A stretch of 63,747 bases of DNA, filler included, from Octopus bimaculoides (Eukaryota), in assembly GCF_001194135.2 (NCBI RefSeq). It is 4 parts of 4 records of this genome, joined end to end, with 100 filler letters (N's around TTAATTAATTAA, not from the genome) between each part and the next. Parts side by side here need not be neighbours in the genome. Positions count along the whole stretch, not along the records: positions 37,298 to 62,172 come from NC_068993.1; positions 62,273 to 63,747 come from NC_068982.1; 2 more parts are not named here. One strand, 5' to 3'. A program made the position numbers and the translations under genes. The notes under the pieces are model-generated. The model was not told the origin of the DNA, ran no database searches, and saw only the letters and a list, made by a program, of their open reading frames with translations. Of the stretch, positions 54,201 to 63,747 are shown piece by piece. The first letter of the stretch is position 1, and each line of letters opens with the position of its first letter.

Positions 54201-54489
54201 TATCATGTACAGTCAGTCTTTTAATCTTTCACTGGTTTATGTTATTGGGCAATGGCTTTACTGAGGCACTACTTTGAAGGATATATTGTGTCAATTGCAT
54301 TGGCCCTGTAGCTTCTTACTTCAGTGTGGAATATATCTTAACAACTTCTATTTGTCAAAGCACTAAGTTTACAAGGCATAAAAAGAGGGACAATATAACC
54401 AATACTGGTCTTTAGTCCAATCAAAACACACCCAAACACATATGTCAGGCCTTTGCAAAGCTTCCATCTAAATACCACTTATATATTTT

Positions 54490-54715
54490 CTATTTTTATC
54501 TTTTATCTGTTTCAGTCATTAGAATACAGCTAGGCTGGAGCACCACCTTGAAAAGTTTTTAGGCAAATAAATTAACCCCTGTACTTATTTTTTTAAAGCC
54601 TGGTACTTATTCTATCAGTATATTTTGCTGAACCACTAAGTTACAGGAATGTAAACAAACCAACAGTGGTTGTCAAGAGGGGGTAGACAAACAGATATGC
54701 GCGTGCACACACACA
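54490..54715 (-). mobile_element. SINE A/B tail, CpG-decayed
   Basis: Homologous to 19410-19625. Confidence 0.75.
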
Positions 54716-54734
54716 CACACACATAAGAACAGGT

Positions 54735-55395
54735 TGGGCAAAGTTCAGAGAGCTTCTACCTTTGCTGGTAACTAAGGGCCTCTCCCTCAGAGTGCAAGAC
54801 AGATTGTATGATGCCTGTGTTCATACAGCTATGTTACATGGTAGTAAAACATGGACTTTGTGTGAAGGCTTGAAAGAAATGAAGCTAACAAGCTTTGTTG
54901 GACTGGTAATGTTAGTGTCCATGCACAACAGTGTGTAAATAATTTAAGAGGAAAACTGAGTTTAAGGGGCATCAGATGTTGTGTGCAAGAGAGAAGACAG
55001 TGCTGGGATGGTCATGCGATGCATATGGATGAGGACAGTAGCATAAAGAAGTGCTGATCTCTAATTGTGGAGAGAACCTGTGGAAGGGGTAGACACAGAA
55101 AGACGTGGGCCTCACTGAAGAAATGGCAAGGGACCAGGAGTTGTGGTGATTTGCTGTACTTCAGATGTTCTAAGCTAAGTAAAATCATTGTCATCCATTC
55201 ATATAGGCATGTCCTTTGCAGGTGCTGGTGCTGCACACACTCTGTAAAGTGGTTGGTATCAAGAAAGGGTATCCTGCCATAGAAACATGTCACAACAGAC
55301 AATTGGAGTCTGGACAGCTCTGCAGCTGGCTAGCTCCATGTCAAACCATCCAATCCATGCCAACATGGAAAACGAATGTTAAACGGTGATGATAA
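54735..55395 (+). mobile_element. RTE LINE 3' end, old
   Basis: GLSLRVQDRLYDACVHTAMLHGSKTW..GHAMHMDEDSSIKKC..TCGRGRHRKTW plus UTR and tail. Confidence 0.85.
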
Positions 55396-55397
55396 AT

Positions 55398-55560
55398 ATA
55401 TGGTGGTTTCTTTCAGTTTCTATCTACCAAATCCACTCACAAGGTTTTATTCAGCTTGAAGCTATAATAAAAGATACTTGCTCACAACGCCACAGTGGGA
55501 TTGAGCCCAGAACCATGTGGTTGGGAAGCAAGCTTCTTACAACACGGTCACGTCTGCACC
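55398..55560 (-). mobile_element. SINE A/B head, old
   Basis: Homologous to 26251-26414. Confidence 0.8.
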
Positions 55561-57234
55561 TTATTAATTATTTTTTTTGCAACTGAGCTTGAAATGGTCC
55601 TTAGGCAAGGCACTTGCTTCAGTCTACTCAGATGAAAAAAATGAGAATTTAGATTTACAGAATACCCAGTGTGTGCCAAGTTAGAGCAGTAATGTCAACA
55701 AATCAGTGATATTACCAAAAACATTATATCAGGAAAACAGATACTTCTAGTGATGGAGTGCTATACACCACCTCAAACCCTTTATTACATAACCACAATA
55801 TGAGCCAGATTTATTTTATTTTCCTTGAAAATTGTCCCTCAAAAAAAAATTAAAAAGAGATAATCTTATGTCTCCACCCTCTTACAAAGTCCCTATGAAT
55901 CCTTCTTTACAAAATATAAGAGATTTTAGGATTTCAGATATAAAGAGGTAATTTGTCTTGTTTTTAAGGACAATTATGGAAAAAGAGATGGTAACAAAAA
56001 TAAATAAATATATAAAACAAAAAGCACATGTATTGAAATTCTTTTGCATGTAGATCTAAGTGTTAATTAAAAGGCTTTTTGAAATGAGAACTGTACAGAT
56101 GTAAGTACAAGTATGGCTATGTGGTTATGAAATTTGCTATGCAGCAATGTGGTCTTGGGTGCAAACTTAATGCATAGCATGTTGGGGAAATGTCTTCCAC
56201 TATATCATCAGGTTGTCCAATTCTGTGTGAGTAGAACTGAGAGATGAAAACTGTAGAGAAATGTGTGTACTTTTGTATGTGTGCTTGTGTGTGTGTGCAC
56301 ATGCACATGCTCATGTCCTGTAACTCAGCAGTTTCACAGAGAGAGATTAAATTTAGAACATAATTACTAGTTTTGATATGATCCTTTGACCCATCTCGAA
56401 TTGATGCCCAAATATGGTTTACAGTTCAATGATTGAAGAATAGAAGACTATTTCAATTCTAAATCCCAAGAGCCAACAACAGTTTCAGTTGTTTGATGAA
56501 CAGAATTACATTAACATATTGACAAAGTAGAATTAGTGTCAGTGACACAGTGGTGTCCAATCGATAGGACTTCCACACATTTTCCATCAACACAGTTTCA
56601 CTCACAAGGCTTGTAATGATACAAAACAATTGTAGAAAATAAATATTCAAAGAACTATAGGCTGGAATCTAACTTGGAACAATCAGAAATAGTTACAGTA
56701 GTGTTAAACTCAGTAATAAAAAAACGTGTTAAACATTCTTTGATCTAGCAAGCAAGGGAGACAACTCTAAATGTTTCTGGTTTCTTAGTTGTCATCAGTG
56801 GGAGTATATTATTTACTCTTTGTTGGTCATGTACAGTTCCTGCTTTATATCATAATCTTGTTGAAGCTGCCTGATTTGAAAATGTTCCCAACCTTCCTTA
56901 CAAAACAAAAGCAACTGCATTAAATAAAACTGAGATAATTTTCAAATAGTGAAAAGGCTAAAAACTTGCCAAAGTAGTTGATTAAAGCAGTATGGCACTA
57001 CATTCAAAAATATCTCATAGTCACCACTTTCTTGTTTTGATATTTTACTGTTTTATTTACAATCAACAACTAAAACTAACAGGGACAGTTATAGATTCCC
57101 AATGGATGCCAATGATACAATTTAGAATGAGATTTCAGAAACAAAATAACTAACACTACTTAAATGTTATGTCAACACCAAGATAATAATTAAACATTTT
57201 GGATCAAGATTTGTAGCTGTTATTATTACTATTA

Positions 57235-57440
57235 AGGCCGATAGGCTCATTACTGCACCAGATGAAATGCTGAGCAGCATTTATTCTAGCTTGATATTCT
57301 GAGTTTAAATTTTGTCAAGATCAACATTGGCTTTCATCCTTTTGGGGGTCAATAAAATTAGTACTAGTTAAGCACTGGAGTTGCTATAACCAACTGGCCC
57401 TTTTCTCCAAAATTTCAGGCCTTGTATCTATAGTAGAAAG
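57235..57440 (+). mobile_element. SINE family C, old
   Basis: GAGTTTAAATT..CTTTCATCCTTTTGGGGGTCAATAAAATTAGTAC. Confidence 0.7.
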
Positions 57441-57442
57441 AA

Positions 57443-57768
57443 TTATTATTATTATTGAGTGAAAGAGCAGTACATGCCATCAAAATATATGAAGCCCAGT
57501 ATACCCATCATGACTACCCATCTGATAAAGGTACACCAGGCAGCATGACATGGTGATCCCATATCAAGACAAACAGCACATAACCTTGCAGGTGGGACCC
57601 ACTTAGAATTTTTCTCAGGTCGAGTAGCCCATCCCACTCAAAAGATCCCTGAATGAAGGTTCTTTAACGGTGTTGAATGAAACACCAGTGTTTCAAGAGA
57701 TGAATAATTTAAACCTCAAAGAATTCCTCTCAACACATGGCTATGATGCTCCCCCACTACTTCTGCTC
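57443..57768 (-). mobile_element. Repeat family E, partial
   Basis: Collinear with 16147-16475. Confidence 0.8.
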
Positions 57769-57837
57769 TTATTTTGAAACAGAGTTCAAGGTTGTTTTCA
57801 CAATAAATGGGTTTGATAAGATTACCTCTTTATACAA

Positions 57838-57874
<37 letters not shown>

Positions 57875-58289
57875 GTGTGTGTTATGAAGTGAGTGAATTA
57901 AAGGTGGTATCTGTACTTAAGCAGAATTCATAGAAGCATCAACATAAGAAAAATTATTGAGATATGGGGTGAGGGGGAAAGAGGAAAATACAGAGAGAAA
58001 GAGAGAAGGAATGAGACTGAGAAAGAAATGAGCTGAAGTAAGTGTGGAAAAAATTGGGAGAAAGAGAAAAAGAAAGCTGTTAAAATGGGTAGTTATGGAG
58101 TTAACGATGTAAATAGGTAACTAATAAAGAGCAGTGATGAAGGATTTTGGTAGCCAATATTCTCATCCAGTTTTCTCAAACCTTCATTGAGAAATCACAA
58201 GGAGCAGTGCTAAAGGAAATCTGTTTTCAAGGAACAAATATACATCTCTACTACAGTCAATGCTGACTTCCTCTGCTCACAGATTCAAC

Positions 58290-58660
58290 ATTTTATCTTT
58301 TATTCTTTATTTGTTTTAGTCATTAGACAGTGGCCATGCTGGGAGATCGCTTAGAAGGATTTTAGTCGAATGAATCGATCCAGTACCTTTTTTCTTTAAA
58401 GCTTGGTGCTTATCCTATTGGTATTTTTGCTGAACCGCTTAGTTACAATGATGTAAACACACCAATACTGGTTGTCAAAGACACACACACACACACATAT
58501 ATATGATGAGCTTCTTTCAGTTTCAACTACCAAATCCACTCACAAGGCTTTGGCCAGCCTGAGGTTAAAGTAGAAGACAGTTGGTCAAGGTGCCATGTAG
58601 TGGAAACAGGAACCATGTGGTTGGGAAGCAAAACTTCTTATCACACAGCAATGCCTGTGC
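58290..58660 (-). mobile_element. SINE A/B, old
   Basis: Tail, short internal (CA)n and head, collinear with 6110-6686. Confidence 0.75.
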
Positions 58661-60285
58661 ATATTTTTTGTCTGATTGCCTGCCCATCCGGCTGTCTCTC
58701 TACTTTGTCCTCATTTTTACAAGTCAAATACAATCATTTTCAGCTGCAATCAGTTATGTTCCTGAGCCATTTGATGAGCACTGAGAAAGAGAGAAGGGAT
58801 ATAAAGAGAGAGATACAAAAAAAAAAAAAGAGATTAAGAGAGAGAGAGAGGGAGGGAGAGTAGAGGGGAGCACATTAGCACTATTAAGCATGTGTGAGAG
58901 AGACTGTATATTTTATGTGTGTGTGTTGAAATAGGCCTCATACAGATAGAAGTAAAATGTGTTTAGGGTAAAAATGAGAAAATGATAAAGTGAGGGAGGG
59001 AGAAAGAGAAGACAGAGAAGGGAAGAGAGAGGGATGGTGGATGTGTGTGACTGTTTTAAAATGTGTTTGTCCCATTATGAAGATTTCCTACAAAATGCTA
59101 AAAAAGAAAAAAATATGAACTTCGCTCATTCAAATAGAAAGTCTCCTCTCACTGAGAGGGAGGAAGGTGTTGGATTTCACCATCATGTTCTTTTATTGTG
59201 GCAGTTCCACTTCAGACTCTTGTCAAATATCCAACTCATTCACTGCAGTAATCCCTTAGCAAGAACAAATGACCCTTTACCATACTTAAACTTACCGGTC
59301 ACAGTGTATTTCTCCCCATCTATCTCTCTTTTTCACAAACACATGCACACACCAACACCCAGACCAACAGCAAGCTATAATAAGAGCTTCTACACTGTCA
59401 TTCAACTTGCTAGAAATATCAGCCAAAATATCCTTCAACTCACAAGCCACTGACTTAAGAAATAGGAGGACAATATAAGTAAATCTTAAGATTAGATGGC
59501 CACAAGTGGAACAACTTTGACTGATGGGTTGAGTTTGGGCTGAACCAGAGATGAATTTATGTTCCATGTAAAAGGTTCAAAGGACAAGAGGCCCAACAAG
59601 GTCTCTAGCTTTTTGTATCTTTTAGTCGTGAACTCTGAACCACCACACACAAAGGTAGATCACCAAGTGATTGGCTAACATTCACAGATCACACTTGGTC
59701 CAGATATGTCAAGCCACTTCAATTAATCAAGCAAGGTAGCTCTTTTAACTGTCTCATGAAAAGATAGGGAACATTTCATATATATATATATATACATTTT
59801 AAGACAGTTATATAAATGTTATCAAATAAAGTAATATTGAATATAATTTATTGAAGATATGAAACATGATGTAAAACTATATAATTACTGAAAAACGAAA
59901 CTAAAAAAATTGTAAACTGACCTTTTAAGGACACAGACTCAAGTATATTTATAACTATTATATCGCACTTGGCATAAATTTAAGTTACCCAGCAAATATT
60001 CTCACACATGAAAAAAATAATGAGAAGTTATTTATCACTGACTTTATGATTTATAGAGTGAGTACTTCATTTCATCAACAACAGTACCTAGTCAATTTAC
60101 ATACCAAATATTTATGGCAGAATTCTGTATATATATAAATTTAAAAGAGAGTTTTGACGCTAATATCCATTATTATTGAAATTTANNNNNNNNNNNNNNN
60201 NNNNNNNNNNNNNNNNNNNNNNNNNNNNNNNNNNNNNNNNNNNNNNNNNNNNNNNNNNNNNNNNNNNNNNNNNNNNNNNNNNNNN

Positions 60286-60345
60286 GTTTCCATTTTTCCA
60301 TACATGATCAGCTATACCCGATTTATCGATATCTCTTCGATGGCC
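60286..60345 (-). mobile_element. Small Penelope-like GIY-YIG fragment next to a gap
   Basis: HRRDIDKSGIADHVWKNGN resembles the PLE endonuclease EH...KSxxAxH motif. Confidence 0.45.
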
Positions 60346-60599
60346 CTGCTTGATTTGTAGAAAGGGTGTAGGTAGAAACTTCAGAAGGTGTACCCAGTGC
60401 AAGCTATAGACACATAAGAGGTGCAGCAATATCATAAGAAGGTTAACAGAGAAAGTAGTCTATGTGTGGCAGATGTATAGGTCAGTGGCTAGAAAGCTAT
60501 GGCATGCAGCTCACCCTCACTGAGGTTTGTGGTAAGGGGATTCCGAGTGTACCACCCTTACCTGTTTTCCATGAAAAGTGTAGGATTATATGCTATAAA

Positions 60600-61060
60600 A
60601 TATGGGAAGTCTGAAATTGAAAATAGTTTTCCCCTTGCAATGCACCATTTTGAAGTAGTTAGTAATACATAAGTAACATATATATAACTTTAGAAATCAC
60701 CTTCCAACGATTTCATCCAATAGGGGTTATTCAAGCTGTCAACTTTGAGAAAAAAGTCGAAATTCTTTTTAAAGTTTAGAAGAAAATTTGACATTCATGA
60801 ACTCTTGAAGCTGATTGAGAGAGTGCCAAATTAAGAGAATGTGAATAACAATGTACAACTTCTGTAAGTCCTGCAGCTTTTCTGTCTTTACTGACATCGA
60901 CTTATCCCCTAAACCTTTCTTGAAGTCTTTCCTTCTCAACAACAAATTGCATAACGTGTAACAGTTAAGATTTCATTCGAAGGTTTGTAGTCTCACCAAA
61001 CATAACAGCAACAAATGCTGTTTTTTTCTATCATTGGCTTAATTACACCTTCACTTGTAA
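60600..61060 (-). pseudogene. hAT transposase relic
   Basis: AVMFGETT..LQERFRG*VDVSKDR..VHCYSHSLNLAL..CQIFF*TLKRISTFFSK, i.e. the DETTD, ERF and HCxxHxLNL motifs. Confidence 0.8.
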
Positions 61061-61184
61061 CAACTATACAATAAAATGATTTCATTTTGAATATCATTTG
61101 GAAGTGATATGCATTTTCAATATCACTTCAAAGCTAAGAAAATGTGTTCTTATACTGACAAACTAACAGACATGGGAAACAAAT

Positions 61185-61335
61185 CTCTAACTGTGGAGGG
61201 AGCCTGTGGAAGAGGTAGACCCAGGAAAACAAAATATTTGGCTATTGGGTCTCACAGAGGTGATGACAAGTGATAGTGACCTTTGGTGATTTACTGTGCT
61301 TGAGGAGATCTGTCAAGCCAAGTGAAATTGTAGTT
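61185..61335 (+). mobile_element. RTE 3' end fragment
   Basis: TVEGACGRGRPRK..GLTEVMTSDSDLW. Confidence 0.7.
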
Positions 61336-62128
61336 CTTCAGGGAAATGCAGAAATAAAACTCGTCAATAAGACATTTCAACAGAATATGATGGAAATGTA
61401 AAGTGATAAACTGAACACTATTAAGTTTTTTTTTAAAAAATGTTAGAGGATATAACGTCAGAGGTAACCTATAGAAAGAGGAGGGGTAAAGGAAAGAAAA
61501 AACCAAATAAATGAGAAATATATAACGATATGTAAATGAAATAAAACCCTTAAGTCTTGGAAAAAGATATATTTAGTGAATGTGAAATGTAAGAAGAAAA
61601 TTAATGTTTAAATTATATATAATGATAGATATCACCCATCTGAACTAAAGGTGTGTTTCTGTCAATGTTTACATCGGTATGCATGCTCTATAACTGTGTT
61701 TACAAGGGGGTTTTTAGAAAAAAGAATAAAAAATAGTTCAGAATTAGAGAGAAGACAGAATTCTTTGCCTTTATCCTAAGGGATCGAAATTGAGAGAATC
61801 AGCCAATCTAAATTAAGCCCTGTGCTGTTACATTTATTCCTATCCCTATACTTTTGAATAACACCAGTGATATTTTCGAAACATGTATCAGAAGTAAAAA
61901 AATTTGAATAACACCTGCGTTTAACTCCATTTATTTATTTATATATATTATACAAAATTATTTCACGTAAACCCGGAGTTTCTACCTTTAAAAATAAGGA
62001 GTTACGCCCTTTTTACTTGTGTGATTTTTTGCTACCCTGGTAACTATTTATCTATTTTTTCCATGTAAATTGTAAACAAGGGAATAATAAACACATCTAT
62101 TTATATATATATATGTGTGTGTATGTAT

Positions 62129-62172
<44 letters not shown>

Positions 62173-62272
62173 NNNNNNNNNNNNNNNNNNNNNNNNNNNN
62201 NNNNNNNNNNNNNNNNTTAATTAATTAANNNNNNNNNNNNNNNNNNNNNNNNNNNNNNNNNNNNNNNNNNNN
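62173..62272. other. Synthetic scaffold spacer N44-TTAATTAATTAA-N44
   Basis: Same geometry as the other two spacers. Confidence 0.95.
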
Positions 62273-62586
62273 TTAACCCTAACCCTAACCCTAACCCTAG
62301 CCCTAAGGTTAGGGTTAGGGTTAGAGTTAGGGCTAGGGTTAGGGTTAATTGTTTCAGAATCGTTTGTTTATGTAGTCGGCACTTAATGTATATCGGCTGA
62401 ATGGACGTCAGTGATTGGTTGAAATTACAGAAATACGACAACTTTAACATGGAATAATTTATGGATTTCTTTTTTTTTTAAGAAGACTAAGAGAAAAAGA
62501 TGTTTTATATGACACATTCTACCAGTGTTCCAAGTTTCAAAGTGTTTCGTTAATGAAAAATGTGGCCCCCGTTTTAAAAAAGATCC
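62273..62586. mobile_element. Putative palindromic non-autonomous element, right half, with inverted telomeric core
   Basis: (TAACCC)n-(TTAGGG)n at 62273-62348, then an arm ending ..TTTTAAAAAAGATCC; 62445-62586 is the near-perfect reverse complement of 63605-63747. Confidence 0.7.
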
Positions 62587-62662
62587 AAATAAATACCAGT
62601 TGTGCACTGGGGTTGATGTAATCGACGTGCTCCCTCTCCCTGCTGGCCTTGTGCCAAAATTT
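62587..62662 (+). mobile_element. SINE C 3' half
   Basis: AAATAAATACCAGTTGTGCACTGGGGTTGATGTAATCGAC..TTGTGCCAAAATTTGAAACC. Confidence 0.75.
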
Positions 62663-63066
62663 GAAACCGATATATGCCACTGTACAACATAAAACATAGT
62701 ACAAGATATGCCACTGTACAAAAAATGCTAGCGCAGCGTTGGTTTCCGTTTTCTGACAAAGAATTCCATGAATCACACGAAAGTCAATCTTCTTTACATG
62801 TATGAGCAGGTTTAGCAAAACCTGCCTTTTTAAGAATTGCTTTTTATATCAGAAGCCAGGTGCTTCGGTCATAGACTTTTACCTCAGCAACACAAAACAA
62901 TAATAGCATAGAAATGAAACGTGTGGGCGCGGCTGTTTAGACGCTGGTGATTTTGGCACTGCTGACTGGACATTGAACCATTGCGACAGTACTCTTTTTA
63001 GCACTGGAGGTAAACACACACATACATACATACGCGGGCGCACACACGGAAGTATACAATGCAAAT

Positions 63067-63067
<1 letters not shown>

Positions 63068-63117
<50 letters not shown>

Positions 63118-63175
63118 GAGAGTGTGAATGAGTGAGAGGGAGAGACAGACAGAGGGAGAGAGAGAGACGGGGAGA
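63068..63175. repeat. (GA)n-rich microsatellite
   Basis: Direct reading. Confidence 0.9.
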
Positions 63176-63446
63176 ACGAAGGAAACATTAAAACGTTTCA
63201 TGTCAAATAAGTCAGCGTCAAGTCAACGACGCCCAAGAGATAGCACGAAAACTTCTCATACTGCTAACAAATACCATCACTGAAACAATGCAACTCACAC
63301 AACATACTCTCAATGGAATCGCCATAGAAGAATATTATACAACAACCAGTTAGGAAAATAATACATGCGCTTATATAAAACTCACTCGGCACAATAGCAT
63401 CAACTCACACAACTCATATGCTGGATAATTGTCATCCAATGATTTA

Positions 63447-63604
63447 AGGCGGTGAGCTGGCAGAAACGTTAGCACGCCGGGCGAAAAGCTTAGCGATACT
63501 TCGTCTGTCGCTATGCTTTGAGTTCAAATTCCACCGAGGTCGACTTGCTTTTCATCCTTTCGGGGTCGATAAATTAAGTACCAGTTGCGTACTGGAGTCG
63601 ATCT
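63447..63604 (+). mobile_element. SINE C 5' part, young, interrupted at GTCGATCT
   Basis: AGGCGGTGAGCTGGCAGAAACG..GAGTTCAAATTCC..GGGGTCGATAAATTAAGTACCAG. Confidence 0.9.
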
Positions 63605-63747
63605 GGATCTTTTTTTAAAACGGGGGCCACATTTTTCATTAACGAAACACTTTGAAACTTGGAACACTGGTAGAATGTGTCATATAAAACATCTTTTTCT
63701 CTTAGTCTTCTTAAAACAAAAAGAAATCCCTAAGTTATTCCATGTTA
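63605..63747. mobile_element. Second copy of the GGATC-ended element (left arm, runs off the window)
   Basis: Starts GGATCTTTTTTTAAAACGGGGGCCAC; inverted copy of 62445-62586. Confidence 0.75.

Noticed and set aside
59034-59453. 139-aa ORF and nearby minus-strand GTAAGT donor
   Set aside because: It begins in purine-rich low-complexity DNA and ends in an old repeat, with no recognisable domain.
62273-62348. Telomere-fusion scar or true chromosome end
   Set aside because: The order is (CCCTAA)n then (TTAGGG)n, opposite to an end-to-end fusion. The tract is short, degenerate and attached to a repeated arm.

Overview
AT-rich animal genomic DNA, dense in microsatellites and transposable elements. 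The tRNA-derived SINE families, RTE and R4-type LINE ends and TTAGGG repeats look like Octopus; this is from recall, not a database search. The window is four pieces (1-25999, 26100-37197, 37298-62172, 62273-63747) joined by three identical synthetic 100-bp spacers (N44-TTAATTAATTAA-N44), and it has many ordinary N gaps. I recognise no intact protein-coding gene, rRNA, true tRNA or CRISPR array. Nearly all listed ORFs are read-throughs of microsatellites, N runs or decayed transposon sequence. Supported content: three tRNA-headed SINE families; RTE and R4/REL-type LINE ends; Penelope-like remnants with two degenerate hammerhead ribozymes; Tc1 (DD34E), maT-like (DD37D), mariner, hAT and Merlin relics, the Merlin with both TIRs and an 8-bp TSD; and a non-autonomous Helitron. 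The most unusual signals are an apparently palindromic element with an inverted telomeric-repeat core whose two copies both abut the same SINE domain (62.3-63.7 kb), and a CpG-depleted block (about 37.3-60 kb) suggesting a methylated gene body. Repeat coordinates are approximate unless TSDs or termini are quoted.
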